A stretch of DNA of 64,000 bases from Podarcis muralis. Taxonomy: Eukaryota. The stretch is taken from the NCBI RefSeq assembly GCF_964188315.1, contig NC_135667.1, positions 20,894,001-20,958,000 of the forward strand, given 5' to 3'. The notes beneath the pieces are model-generated. The model did not search any database and was not told the origin of the DNA. It saw only the letters and a program-made list of their open reading frames with translations. The position numbers and the translations under genes are program-made. Below, piece by piece: positions 51,100-64,000 of this stretch; within the stretch, counting starts at the first letter, position 1, and every line of letters starts with the position of its first letter.

Positions 51100-54000
51100 A
51101 TCTATCTAATCTCTTTAGTTTAGTTTGAATTTTTTTGTATATTAGCTTGTAAAGCACATGACTTCCCCCAAAGAATTCTGGGAACAGTAGTCCACCCCTC
51201 ACAGAGCTACAATCCCCAGCACCCTTAGCAAACTACATTCCCAGGATTCCTAGGGGAAAACCATCCGCTTTAAACGTATGCTGTATATGCAGCCCCAAAC
51301 CGGCTGCTGATCAGGGATATGTAAGGAAACTTGAAGGGAAAACCAAGATATCTGAGTCTTCTAAGAAATTAACCTGACTGTGGTCACTGCAGTTGGAGGG
51401 CGCGTGGATTTCGAGGACTTTGTGGAGATGATGACCCCAAAGCTGCTGGCAGAGACGGCGGGCATGATTGGACTTCAGGAAATGAGGGATGCCTTCAAGG
51501 AGGTAAGATGGGCTGGGGTTGGACAGGACTTTGGAGTTCTTTCTCTCAGCCTTGTTTCTTGTTCTCAGGGGTGGGGCAGAAATCTGATTCCGTTCTCATT
51601 CAAAGGCAAATCTAACAAATCTACCACGCTTTCTGCAGCAATACACAAACAGCCATCCCTTAAGAACCCGCACTTCCCCGAATTAGCGTTAAAAATGCAT
51701 TTGTCAGTGGAAATGAAATATGAAAGTGCATTCTGTTTGGGAAAATGGATTTGCAAAAATGTGTATGTTGGGCAAAATTACATTGGTAAATGTGCACATT
51801 AGAAGAAATTCATACTAAAATGCTGGTGAATTTTCACGACGACTTAATTCCCAGCTCCACAATCTGATACGGAAATGTGGAGAAGTGGTTAAGACTAGAA
51901 AAACAGATTCACTTATCCCAGCTTGTCATATGTCCCCTTTCCCTCCCAGAAAATTGAACACCTCTCATTCCCCAACTAGACAACATTGATCCCCACCCAC
52001 CCTAAAAGCTGGGGATGGGACATAGCACTCCCCATGACTATCCCTTCTCTGCCAACCTTGCTAGTTCCATAAAAAAATAAGAGAAGAAAGAGGAAGAAAC
52101 TTCCTGGATCAGACCAAAGGTCTAGACAATCTCTCTTACTTCACAGAAGTCCTCTGCTGGAAGCACTGTGAGGGGAACAGTGCTCTATTTAAAGGGTTCC
52201 TTTATTTGAAGGACTGTCTGGTCCACGTCTGATTTAAGGGAGAGAAAGACCCTTTAATTTGCTCATCAACAGTTGGCATCTGGAAGCAGATAAGACAGGC
52301 ACACAAGTTACCTGGTCACATACATCATGAGGTGTACTGTATTTGTATTTAAATAATTATTATTTATCAATTTGCTTTTATACATATGTTACCACACCGG
52401 AATTTTACTCACAGCTGTGTCCGCTTTTTTTGGTGGTCCATAAGTGGCCACTCTCATCTAATTCAGCATTCTACTTACGAGGTTCTTCTTTTTTTCAGTT
52501 CTCATGAGAATCCATCAACCTTTTGGTGCAAATCCTTTTGGTACACTTCCCTTTTTTTTTTTTGGACAGCACTAATATTTCACTAATATTTATATTTCCT
52601 TAATGCATTTTTCCTCCATTATTTTTCACTGACATGTGCTTCTCTATGCACACTTTAAGGGACGCGGGTGGCGCTGTGGGTTAAACCACAGAGCCTAGGA
52701 CTTGCCGATCAGAAGGTTGGTGGTTCGAATCCCCGCAATGGGGTGAGCTCCCGTTGCTGGGTCCCTGCTCCTGCCAACCTAGCAGTTTGAAAGCACGTCA
52801 AAGTGCAAGTAGATAAATAGGTACCGCTCCGGTGGGAAGGTAAACGGCCTTTCCGTGCGCTGCTCTGGTTCGCCAGAAGCGGCTTAGTCATGCTGGCCAC
52901 ATGACCCGGAAGCTGTACGCCGGCTCCCTCGGCCAATAAAGCAAGATGAGCGCCGCAACCCCAGAGTCGGCCACGACTGGACCTAATGGTCAGGAGTCCC
53001 TTTACCTTTACCTATGCACACTTTACCCTCGTATGTGCATTTTGGCACAATTTCTTGGCTGGAGCGCGGCATTGCAAAATTTGGGGAAATGCGACTTTTG
53101 TAAAGGATGGTTGCGTTTTGGTTTCCTTATTTTTTTGGCATGCGTGAATGACACCAGTTCACCTTTTAAATGCAAACTGAATTGGATTTCTCTCCTATCA
53201 TTAATCCTGATGAAAAGACATTGATAGATCCTATTTCCGTTAGCTTTAAAATGGGATCAGGTTAACTGGCCGCCACTGCATCTTGTGGCAATGAGTTCCA
53301 TATGCTAACGAACCACTGCACTAAGAGGTACTTCCTCTCTTCTGTCCTGCATCTTGTGCCATTAAGCTTCGCCCTCTTGCTCCTGTTCAGATTAAGCATG
53401 CTGACTCTCACCGCAACTAACTACCATGCCTCTCCCTGTTTCCAGTTTGACACCAACGGGGATGGCGAGATCACTCTGGATGAGTTGTACCAGGCCATGC
53501 AGAGGCTGATGGGCGAGCGGCTGACGTCCCGGGAGATTGCTGATGTGGTGAAGGAAGCCGACGTCAATGGAGACGGGACGGTGGATTTTGAGGGTGAGAT
53601 GCAATCGGGGAATATAGGATTGATGGAAAGAGATTATAGGCTTATCGGGATACAAGGTGAGAGGTTAAAAGCTTTAAAGGTCTGGGGAGATGGGATTTAG
53701 GAGCACAGGCTGAAAAGATATAGGCTTAAATGGGCTTGGATAATAGGGTTAGAGAGTTATTGGATTGCTCCAATTGCATGGAGGTGGTAGCACACAGCCC
53801 ACCTGTCAAAACGGGCTGGTGGTGCTGGGGAAACCAGGAGCTGGACCACCCAGCCTCCCTGCTCCACCTGCCCTGTTTTTGGATTGCAACCCCATTGGCA
53901 GGGTGGTTGTGGTACTAATTTAATGAGCAGGCACTAGATAACAGAGTGTGGGAGTTGTCGCAACACACCAGGCAAGACTTAATGACCCTGAATGCTATGT

Positions 54001-55842
54001 TCTTCCTCCACTGTCGGAGGCAGTAATGCTTCTGGAGGGACGCAGGTGGCGCTGTGGTCTAAACCACTGATCCTCTTGGGCTTGCTGATCAGAAGGTTGG
54101 TGGTTCGAATCCCCACAATGGGATCTGCTCCCATCGCTCTGTCTCAGCTCCTGCCAACCTAGCAGTTCGAAAGCACACAAGTGCAAGTAGATAATTAGGT
54201 ACCACTGCGGCAGGAAGGTAAACGGCGTTTTCATGCGCTCTGGTTTCCGTCATGGTGTTCTGTTGTACCAGAAGTGGTTTAGTCATGCTAGCCACATGAC
54301 CCAGAAAGCTGTCTGTGGACCAATGCCGGCTCCCTCAGCCTGAAAGTGAGATGAGTGCCGCAACCCTATAGTCGACTTTGACTGGACTTAGCCGTTGAGG
54401 GGTCCTTTTACCTTTACCTTTAATGCTTCTGGATTCCATTCTGGGAGAGTGCTGTTGAGCTCAGGTTCTGTTTGTGGCCTTCCCATAGGTTGACCCCTGA
54501 GAATAGGATGCTGGACTAAGCGAACCACTGGCTTGATCCAGCGGCCTCCTCCTTACAACTTAGGTAACGGGACCTAGGTCATTTCAGAATACAGATTCTG
54601 GGGATATTTCAGGCTACTATGACAGCACAACCAACTTCCAGCACAAGTAACCTAAATGATGCAGGTGAAGCAGCAAATGTAAAAGCAGAATTTCCCCAGG
54701 TGACAGAACTGACTTATCTTGTTGCACAGTTTGGATTGCACTGGAAACTCATTTGTTTAAGACTGCTCACTGCCAGCCAAAAAGGGCACAATAGCCAGCC
54801 TTTAGCAAGCATAGGAGCATGCCTTATACCAAAGCCATACTATTTGTCCATCCAGGCCAATATTGCCTACCCCAGCAGGCAAACACTCTGTAGGGTCTCA
54901 GGCCAGGGCTGCCCCCGTCTTGTGCTCCCTCATCCTTCTTCATTTCATTTATTTAACAAAATTTGCGTACAGCTCCATGTTAATGGAACATCTAAGCCGT
55001 TTACAAAATGCAGCAACATTTTGTAGAATCATAGAATTGTAGAGCTGGAAGGGACCCCCATGTCATCTAGTCCAATGATTTGAATTATTGATAGAAGGTA
55101 GTTAAAAACAGATATTTTGAGAACTTTAAAAAGATAATTAAATTCAGCGCTAGACAAAACAGAACATTAAGCAAATAACGATACACCCAAAATAGTTGAA
55201 TAATATCATAATAATATGCATGTCCAGCACAGGTTTATCGTCTTACTAAACTGAAATAACTACAAATAGCAGCAGTAAAAACATCAATAATATGTGAATA
55301 AAAACTCATTGGTAAAAATATCAAAGGCCTGTCTGACTAATGCAAGTTTTGAAAGACAAGAGAGCAAGAATGACTGCAGCTGACCTTCCATGAGCAAGTA
55401 GTGCCACAGGGCAGGGCCTGCGCCACTAAACCCTGGTAAATGTTGGCCAAATCCTGGGGGCATGGAGGACCACCAAGAGTGCCCATCCGAAAGTTTCAGT
55501 GATCAAAGTGGAGAGAATGGAATCTGGGTGTCCTTAAAGTTGTTCAGGACTTTGTGAATTAACACAAAAGACCTGAACCTGGCCCAGTAGCAAATTGGCA
55601 ACCAGGGCATCATTATTTTACACGTGAATTACACATTTATCTCCAAGGAGCAGGCGGTGGCCTTCACAGCCATTTATCTCCCTTTGGGTAAGCACAACAG
55701 CCCTGTGAGGTAGGTCAGGACGAGGGAGCACTCAGCAGTCTTCGTAGATTTGAAGCCAGGTCTCTGGGGCCTCGCTCCCCAGCCGCACTGATGTGTTTCT
55801 TACGTTTGCCTTACAGAGTTTGTGAGGATGATGTCACGCTGA
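46723..55842 (+). CDS. CABP5: Calcium-binding protein 5 (CaBP5), 6 exons, 173 aa
   Basis: Exons 46723-46785, 48474-48504, 49539-49682, 51393-51502, 53446-53593, 55817-55842 (522 nt). The N-terminus [20 protein letters not shown] is characteristic of CaBP5. EF-hands: [36 protein letters not shown]; the protein ends EFVRMMSR*. Confidence 0.93.
52658..53012 (+). mobile_element. Sauria SINE in CABP5 intron
   Basis: Full length; 13-bp TSD TATGCACACTTTA at 52645 and 53013. Confidence 0.9.
54036..54420 (+). mobile_element. Sauria SINE, divergent variant
   Basis: Shares the head and tail, but the core differs (TTTCCGTCATGGTGTTCTGTTG, GAAAGCTGTCTGTGG). Confidence 0.85.
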
Positions 55843-58589
55843 TGGAGTCGCCCTCCCCTCTCTGGTTCCAACGAATATGTGAATGTATGGAGTTCAACAT
55901 CAAATCCCAGTGTGAACTGGGAGGGGAGGTCAAACCTCTGTTTGCACAAGAGACTGAGCAGGGCAAGGGGTGGGTTGGCAGGCGGGCGTTCTTGGATCGT
56001 CTCCCTAAGAGGAGGGCAAGCATCCCACTTGGCAAAGTCCAATCCCTGCAGGAATCCCTTATTACCGGGCAGCTGCATTCATCAAATCTATCCCACAACT
56101 GGTCCAACCAGCTCGGTTGATCCCTCTCAAACACACCCCGGAAGGTCGCTTCCCAGTGCAACGCCCTGCCTTACCTCTCCCTCCCCTCCAGCAATCATGT
56201 ACAATAAAGACTTCCTGGTATAGGATCGCTCAGGATCTGCGTGGGGGTGGCTTTTTTTGTGGCACATCGACTGGAGCCGCCCGCTGCTGCCGGCACCCAC
56301 AGAGGTCAGAATAACACCCTGGCAGCTCCACGTCTGGCCCTGCCAAAAGCGGCTTATCTGCTTTAATCGCTGCTCAGAAGGGCAGCATATGGGGCAGGAA
56401 TAAACAGATTAAAGAGGAAGCAGGGACCCTCCTGCGTAGGAAGGCCAGAGGTTTTCAGAAGCGGGACTTTGGTGAAGCGGGACACTTGGGTTTGATCACC
56501 GTGTGGGCGGGGAGCACCGAGGGTCTAGCTGGGCACAGGATGAGGGAGTAGAAGAGCTCAGACTCCTGGCTCTTTGGCTATCAGAGCCCCTACAAAGAAT
56601 TGCAGCTCCAGGACTGTTTGCTTCCTCCTAATGAGCCTTTGCAGATTAAAAGTCATGGGGCCCGAAACAGCTGCTGCACTTCCACCTCTCCATTCCCCTA
56701 ATCACAGTGGCAGGGAGGGTGGCAGAGGAAGAAGCGGAGCAGCGGGCAAACCCTCAAGAATGTGCCAAGGTCACTCCGGGGCAAACAGATTTAGCTCTGC
56801 CCCTGTCTCTTGGTCCTCAGGGCTGCTACCCCTTTTAGCCCAGCCGCAAGACCACTCTGGGACGGTGCTGCAGTTACGGGGAAGCAAGTGGGGGGAGCTC
56901 TCTTAATAAAACCTACAAGGCCCATCCCAACCCCTCCCGATTTAGGTTAAGCCAAGTCATAACCCCCCTCCCCTACCACTTCTAACCATCCAGAAACACA
57001 GGAAGGCCCCCAATTGTTGTGCATGCCCAGTTCTCTTCACGGAGAGAAACAAGGCAGCCTGCCTAACCTTTGCAGCACTCTAGAGGGCACGACTGCAAAA
57101 ACCCCATTTTATCTGCCCTGTCTAGCATCTTTGGGCAATGTGGAACTGTTGGATCTGTCATCCAGTTATTCCTGCCCACAGAGAATCACGAAATGGTTGA
57201 GCTGGAAAGGACCCAGTCCAACCCCCGTGCTGTGGCAGGAGTCAACATCAACCAACCTACCTCCTCAGAGACTCCAACTCGCTAGGACACAAATTTGGCT
57301 AAGCCTGTTATATAAAGCCCTTCTCCATCTGTGCTCCACCCCCGCCCCCCAGACCTGGCTTGCAGTTTGGCCTTGTGTGGCTCGGCACCAAACCAAGCCA
57401 GTCAGGACAGGAGGACACGGGGCACTTGTAGGCAGAGAAGCCTTTATTCTGGGATTGGAGCCACTGCAACAGCACACATGTTTTTCGCAGCATGCACACG
57501 TAATCACGGTTTTCAAAATGCCAGCCTGTACTCTTTTTATTTATTTAAAACGTCTAATCTGGATTCCCCCTTAACACAGAAAATCTGATTTGTAAAAATA
57601 ACCCAGTTACTGCTTGTGTGGAATTCCTTTAGCACATTTTGGGGTGGGCAGGTGGTTTGGGGTGTGAACACCTTTGCATAGCAAAAAGACTTGTGCTCAT
57701 GTCCAGCTTGGGTGATTCCCATAGGCGTCTGTGGTTGGCCACTGTGAGAACAGGATTCTGGGTGCAGGGTGATGGGCCATTGGCCAAAAGGGCTTTTCTT
57801 ATGTTCCCCCTGTCCCATCAACATCCCCTGGTGTGTACATGAACAGAAGCGAATCTGAATGGCTAAAGACTCCAATTGGTGTAAAGCTGGTTTGAGAAAC
57901 AACATTTCAAGCAGTAGTGCTTTGTAACAAAGGACAGGATACTTATGCATTTGGGATAACATCATGGGAAGATGGATTCAAAACACACAGTAAGTGGGAG
58001 CTGAAGACACTCAGATTTTGGGATCCGTGCTGAAGGTCTCAGGGCAGCAAAGTTAGATCTCAAGGCCACCAGCCAAGCTCAAATTACTACTCTTGAATCC
58101 AGGAGCTTTGCAATTGTGTAATTGGTTATAAAAAATTAAACCACTCATTATTCTGAAAGAGAAAGCATTGCATAAGAGTTTTGCTTGTCAGTGTGTTTTC
58201 CTAAACTTTCATTCCCCACGCCCACTGAGATCTTCAAAATAAAAACTTCAGCATTTCCCCCCTGATTCTACCCCCCTCCCAGGCCTCACATTTCTAGATC
58301 TTTCCCCCGTCTCATATATTTGGCAGGGTTCAGTTTTTCTCTTTCTAGAGTTAGCGGCTCCATGATATCACAAGGTCCTACGCAGACAACACTAAAGCCC
58401 GTCACATCACTAAGCCCCAACCCATAAGTCTAGGGCTTTGGGATGCTGGAAACCAGGTAACCCAAGAGGGCAGTTTATTCCCTCATGAAGATCATGAGGG
58501 AAGTGAGCTGGAGACATTGCAATGTAGGGCCCTGGTTCCATGAATAAGCATTGGGAGGTGGGGTAGTTCTTTGGGATACTTAGATTCCC

Positions 58590-58777
58590 TCAAGGCCGCC
58601 TCAGAACCCGTTTCCGAAGCTCCATTTGCAGCAGATCTCGCTCCTTCCGGATCCCAAGTAAGACGCTTTGGTTCTCATGAGCACGGCGGATCAAGTAGGG
58701 GATTACTTCTTCCACAGAGCCGAAAGGGATAGATTTGTAGATGGCATAACCGGCCTGGCCTAGATTTGGGCACAAGA

Positions 58778-58844
<67 letters not shown>

Positions 58845-61800
58845 GGTGACAATATCGCAGGAGGAACAGAAGTGGCTGTGGGTGTGGAGAGCATCTGTGG
58901 GAAGCAGGGTCTACGCTACACTCACCTAGTGCCAAGGAAATCTGATCGCACATGCCCAGCAGCTGCCCAAAGCTGACCGGTCCAGCACCCTTGTCGATGC
59001 CCATCTCTGCCATCCTTAAAAGAGATAAAACAAGCACATTTCAGCGACAGGTTGGGGAGAAGTTATGAGAGTATCATACCAGTGAACAGCATAAGCTGTA
59101 AGCTACAAGGGCTAGGAGTCCAGCTCAGTCACAAAGACGCTGGCTGGTTTTTTAGGCGAGCTGCTTGCCGCTAGACCTCACCTTCAACCCCTCATCTGCA
59201 ATATGGGGATAATATTATGGGGTCAGCTTTACAGGGTTGCTGTAAGAAACAATGGAAGTATTATTTCTACAGTAACCAATGGTGGCTGTGTGTGTTGTGT
59301 ACAGGTTTTGCATAATGTGAATGGGGCTTCTTTTGCTGCTATTGTCTCGGGTTTCTAACGTCCTGGATAAAGTGTCCCCGTCCTCCTCCCGAAGGGATGC
59401 ATGTGCTGTCAGCTGTCTGCCCAGACGATGTCTGCTGATTTTTCTTTACCTCTATATGCCGAAAACCAATTATTTTGCTCCTAGGCATGTCATGATAGCA
59501 GTATGCCACTTCCCTTATATATAGCTTGCTTTCATGCAAATAGATCTGAGAGGTGGATATGGATTGGAGTATTGGTTGCTGATGTCAGAAAGGCAGCACA
59601 ATGCTTACACATACAATTGTGTATGTATGTGTGTTGTAGTGTGGAGAGGCTCCCTTCCAAGGCTATTCCCCCCACCCGTGGCTCCCACTTTCAGAGAGTA
59701 CCCAAATGTCCAAACCATCAGAACATGTGGACATGCCAGCTGGTGCTTGTTATGTAGAAAGACAACCCCACTCACTTCCCCTTTGTGGTATTCCCCCTAC
59801 CTTTGAACAGTGTGCATCACGGACGCTTCATTGTGTGTGGCCACGATCATCTCAAACCTTCCCCTGGCTCGAGACACTTGATCCAAACCAAAATCCAAAC
59901 AGCACTGGTAACTGGATCACAGGAAAAAGGAAGAGGGCAAGAGAATGAAGCAGAGGGGGCAAAAAATGAGAGGGGTGCACCGTGCATCAAATTTGTATAG
60001 GCTGGTTTATATGGATGGATGGACATTAAAAAATCACTACTGTATAACTGATAATAGAAAAATGCAATGCGTCTAATTCAAGTGAGAATAACAGTTGCAT
60101 ACACACCGCACATTTAAAACACAGGTCTCCCCACAAAGAATCCTGGGAATTGTAGATTTACCTCCTCGCAGAACTACAATTCCCAGGAACTTTAAGAAGG
60201 CAGAGTTCCCAAGATCCTTGGGGGAAGCCCCGTGCTTTAAATATACCGTATTTTTCCATGTATAACTCGCCCCTGTATATAAGACACCCTCTATTTTGGG
60301 GGCAACAACCAATCACACGTTCCCCCTATGCACTATCCGTATATAAGACTACTCCCCCCTTTTTAACATTATTTTTAGTATATAGAAAAAACATGTCTTA
60401 TACACGGAAAAGTACGGTACTTTCAATAGATGGTGTGTACGCAGCCCAGTGACCTCAGATTGCTATCCCTGTGTGCTAATGAGTGATGGGCAATTTCAAG
60501 GCCACTCCTGAGCTCCCTTCTTATGGTTCTTTATCTTTAAACCAGATTTGGACCAGGCAGCCCTTCAAATAAACAATTTTGCCACAGAAAGGACCATCCT
60601 AGGTCACACGATGGAAGGAAGACACCATAGGAAGCTTCTCTTCCCATGCCTCATATTAATGACCCGCAGAGTAGTGGAACAGGGGGAGTCCTCCTCACTT
60701 TTCGTTGGTAGCCTCCCAACTGGGCTGCACAGGATCAGGGTATCCTTTTTCCTTTGCCAGTTTCCGCTCTTTCTCCAGGTAAGCCCCCCGGACCAACTTC
60801 ATTCCGAAACAGACACCCAAGTGCTCAGTGAGGGCGACGTCCTGTTTCAACCGCTCCAGAGTGTCCTGGAGGGAGACAAGTTGTTCCAAAGACCGTAGTA
60901 GAACAGGAAAGGAGTCCTCCAATACCACTGAGTTGTCAAGGTGAGAGCAGACCTTCCTTACTTCCAGGACGTAAGGTGGATAGAAGGAGGACTGTTTCTG
61001 GGGGAGGAACTCACCTTGAGATATGCCTGGTATGTGTTCCAGATCCATGGCTTTTGGGTGTTCCAGACAGCCATCATTGCCACGGTGACAAGCGTCAGGG
61101 CGGGGTTAATGTAGGTGTATTCTGCATCCACCAGGACACGGACTCCTTTTTCCACAGCATACTGCAGACGGAAAGAGGTTGGGAAGATGAGAACCAGAAC
61201 AAAATGAACACCATCGCCAAGGCTGGGCTCCCCTGCTTCTGTCCTCCCCGTAAAGTACCTGCGCTACAGAATTGAGCCGCCTCAACGATTTCTTGAAATG
61301 GTGGTTCTCTTCCTGGGTCAGGCAGCTGAAGTTCAGCTCCTGTGGGGGCAGGAGAACAGTGGGAGATAATACACAGGTCAAATAAAGGGTTAGCTCTCTT
61401 TGGAGCAAATGTAATCCATCTGGAAGGCAGTGGCAAAAAGGCTCCTCACCTCCCCTTTCATGGCAGCCACCACTCTCTTGATGCTCAGGTCTGACTTCGT
61501 CTCCTGCTCTTGCAAACGCAGGGTGATGGTCTTCTGCAAAGGGAGCAGGGGAAAGTAATCCAAAATAAAAGCAGGGTAGCTCCCTGTACGCCGGCTCCCT
61601 CGGCCAATAAAGCGAGATGAGCACCGCAACCCCAGAGTCAGTCACGACTGGACCTAACGGTCTGGGGTCCCTTTACCTTTACCTTAGCTGGGACGCGGGT
61701 GGCACTGTGGGTTAAACCACAGAGCCTAGGACTTGCCGATCAGAAGGTCGGCGGTTCAAATCCCCGCGACGGGGTGAGCTCCCGTTGCTTGGTCCCAGCT

Positions 61801-62529
61801 CCTGCCCACCTAGCAGTTCGAAAGCACGTCAAAGTGCAAGTAGATAAATAGGTACCGCTCCGGTGGGAAGGTAAACGGCGTTTCCGTGTGCTGCTCTGGT
61901 TCGCTAGAAGCGGCTTAGTCATGCTGGCCACATGACCCGGAAGCTGTACGCCGGCTCCCTCGGCCAATAAAGCGAGTTGAGCGCCGCAACCCCAGAGTCG
62001 GTCATGACTGGACCTAATTGTCAGGGGTCCCTTTATCTTTACCTTAGCTCCCTTCCCTTCACAAGAATTGGGCCAGAATGAGGTCCTATGCATCAAAAAT
62101 AAGGGATGGACTGAGATGGTAGAATCCTGGAGGAGAGTGGGTTGGCAAGAGAAGCAAGCAGAGGCACCAGTCTCTAGAGCAAATAGTTTTTAAGACATCA
62201 TGCCCAAGAAGATAATTGCATGATACTCCCCACGCTGCCCAATTACTTTGCATGCTATGTTTTATAATTCTGTGGTGAATACCACTTCAGGTTTTTCTGT
62301 TCAGTATAAAGTGGTACATAAATGTAACTTAAACCAAGGATACACATCTGTTCAGAGCTTGCTACCCCCAATGCCCCAACAGTCCCTCTGCCATCCCACA
62401 ATACTCACGCAGAGTGCAGCTGCCATCAGCGCTGTCACCTTCAGTTGCATCATGGGATTGATGGCACCAACTGCAGACAGATCCAGGCAGGTAAGCATAG
62501 ATTGGGCATTCTTGTCATACCAGTCTTCC
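58590..62529 (-). CDS. PRODH2: Hydroxyproline dehydrogenase PRODH2, 3' portion (8 coding exons; 5' exons not found in window)
   Basis: Exons 62529-62409, 61533-61450, 61339-61259, 61161-61015, 60865-60699, 59911-59801, 59014-58926, 58759-58590, GT-AG and in frame. Motifs: MMQLKVTAL, LVDAEYTYINPAL, WNTYQAYLK, GMKLVRGAYLEKER, VATHNEAS, FGQLLGMCD, YKSIPFGSVEEVIPYLIRRAHEN. An AATAAA lies on the minus strand at 58474-58479. Confidence 0.9.
58785..58839. repeat. (AG)n microsatellite in the last PRODH2 intron
   Basis: Directly visible. Other microsatellites: (TG)n 531-560, 11531-11562, 43546-43588; (CT)n ~19517-19543; (ATCT)n ~51059-51110; (CTG)n ~45142-45164. Confidence 0.95.
60246..60417. mobile_element. 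TA-flanked MITE with CCGTATTTTTCC TIR
   Basis: CCGTATTTTTCCATGTATAA ... TTATACACGGAAAAGTACGG flanked by TA. Relatives lie at 34405-35185 and 50271-50551. Confidence 0.8.
61582..62043 (+). mobile_element. Tandem Sauria SINEs: 5'-truncated copy (61582-61683) followed by a full copy (61690-62043)
   Basis: Two consecutive (TTTACC) tails; TAGCT(CCC) is repeated before, between and after the copies. Confidence 0.88.
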
Positions 62530-62550
62530 CTGGTTGGGGCAAAGCAGATA

Positions 62551-62551
<1 letters not shown>

Positions 62552-62596
<45 letters not shown>

Positions 62597-62900
62597 TTAT
62601 TTATACCCCACCCATCTGGCTGGGCTTCCCCAGCCACTCTGGGCAGCTTCCAACAAAATATTAAAATACAGTAATGCATCAAACATTAAAAGCTTCCCTA
62701 AACAGGGCTGCCTTCAGATGTCTTCTAAAAGTAGTTGTCGTTCTCTTTGACGTCTGGTGGGAGGGCGTTCCACAGGGCAGGTACCACTACAGAGAAGGCC
62801 CTTTGCCTGGTTCCCTGTAACTTGGCTTGTTGCAGTGAGGAAACCGCCAGTAGGCCCTCAGCGCTGGACCTGTGTCCGGGTAGAACAATGGGGGTAGAGA
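62552..62900 (-). mobile_element. Probable L2-type LINE 3' end with (ATT)n tail
   Basis: The (AAT)n run at 62552-62597 abuts sequence shared with a second copy at about 11165-11310 (CACCCATCTGGC..CCCAGCCACTCTGGG). The clade assignment is tentative. Confidence 0.55.
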
Positions 62901-62920
62901 CACTCCTTCAGATATACAGT

Positions 62921-63060
62921 ACATAGGATTGCAGAGTTGGAAAGGGCCACGAGAGTCATCTAGTCCAACCCCTACAATACAGGAATCTTTTGCCCAACAT
63001 GGGATTCGAACCCACAACTCTGAGATTAAGAGTCTCATCCTCTACCGACTGACCTATCCC
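62921..63060 (-). mobile_element. tRNA-Lys(CTT)-headed SINE with CR1-derived tail
   Basis: Minus strand GGGATAGGTCAGTCGGTAGAGGATGAGACTCTTAATCTCAGAGTTGTGGGTTCGAATCCCATGTTGGGC, then ATTCCTGTATTGTAGGGGTTGGACTAGATGA..TTCCAACTCT. Confidence 0.8.
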
Positions 63061-64000
63061 AAAGTCAGTGCAGAATCTCCTTCTGGTGATCTCCTTCTGT
63101 CCTGGTGTTCAATGATCCCCTTGAAGCTTTTGTTGCCAGTTTCCCCAAATAGAAGTAAAGGGCCAAATGGGTAGATGATTTGTGTTAAAGAAATAGTTGT
63201 TACTGATCAGCAGCACGGTGGGGGCCAAAAGTTATAGCCTCCTTTTCTCACACCATAAGGGACTCTAGCTTAGTGGCAGAGCCTTGCATGCAGAAGGTTC
63301 TAGGTTCAAATCCTGATGTCTCCAGGTCAAGCTACAGAGCTACAGTTCCCAACCCACAGCTCTTAACAAACCCACAATTCCCAGGATTCTTTGGGGGAAG
63401 TCACATGCTTTAAGGTGACTAACAATCATGTCTACCCTTCTCTATCTACTGTACTTATAGACCATATTATGGTTTGCGAAAATTACTCAAAGCAAGTCCA
63501 GGTTTTGATTTGAGGACACTGGTTTTTTTTTTAGGTAATCTCTATACACTCCCCACTCTTTTTGGAACCTTTGGTTAGACTGTCCCCTAACTGTATCTGT
63601 CAGTTTTGCCATTTCAAAATATTCAAATGATGAAATGAGAAAGAAAACGTTTAACAAACAGGAAAACAGACCCGCTTTGAGGAGGCAGGAAGTCTACTAG
63701 AAAAGAATAAGAATGGGAAATTTAAAGTAGGGTAACAGCGTGCAAGAGTGTACAGATTTATGGTTATACGTTTGTTATTTGTTTTGTGCTTTCTATTTAG
63801 TTTCTTTCTTAATTGTCGTTGTATCTTAGTGTGTGTGTTTATGTGTTGTGACAAAAAGTTAATGAAAAGCATTAAAAATAAACAAGGTGGCTAACAATTC
63901 CAATAATCATAAAAACCTTGAGGGTTTTTAAGTCAAGACTGAAAGCAAAATAAGCAGCAGTATTAACAAATCAGCAAAAAGAAAAGCAACCACCCACTCA

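Noticed and set aside
57014-57574. 186-aa ORF between CABP5 and PRODH2
   Set aside because: It includes a CR1-tail remnant and has no domain signature or exon support.
62600-64000. Upstream PRODH2 exons
   Set aside because: I could not find sequence resembling the PRODH2 N-terminal region here; it probably lies beyond the window.

Overview
Vertebrate (squamate, most likely lacertid lizard) genomic DNA, judged from 11 Sauria-type SINE copies, a Bov-B fragment, CR1/L1/L2 remnants and intron-exon gene structure. It has two short assembly gaps (N at 44812-44944 and 45757-45886). I reconstructed six spliced protein-coding genes by hand from GT-AG sites and frame continuity: (1) LAT, + strand, CDS 5697-14817; (2) an unnamed, apparently secreted B7-H6-like single IgV protein with a Cys-flanked coiled-coil tail and no transmembrane segment, +, 16627-20392; (3) an ARH1/ADPRH-family ADP-ribosylhydrolase with intact catalytic acidic residues, +, ~23731-28776, start exon unresolved; (4) an unnamed 353-aa WD40 protein with RFX X-box-like motifs near its 5' end, -, 42099-30510; (5) CABP5, +, 46723-55842; (6) the 3' eight coding exons of PRODH2, -, 62529-58590. 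The best leads are the soluble IgV-coiled-coil gene, the extra ARH1 paralogue (which with the IgV gene echoes the mammalian CD80-ADPRH pair), the WD40 gene, a Pro-Tyr in place of Gly-Tyr at the LAT PLC-gamma1 site, and SINEs with three different tRNA heads on one CR1 tail. Homology calls rest on my recollection of reference sequences; no database search was run.
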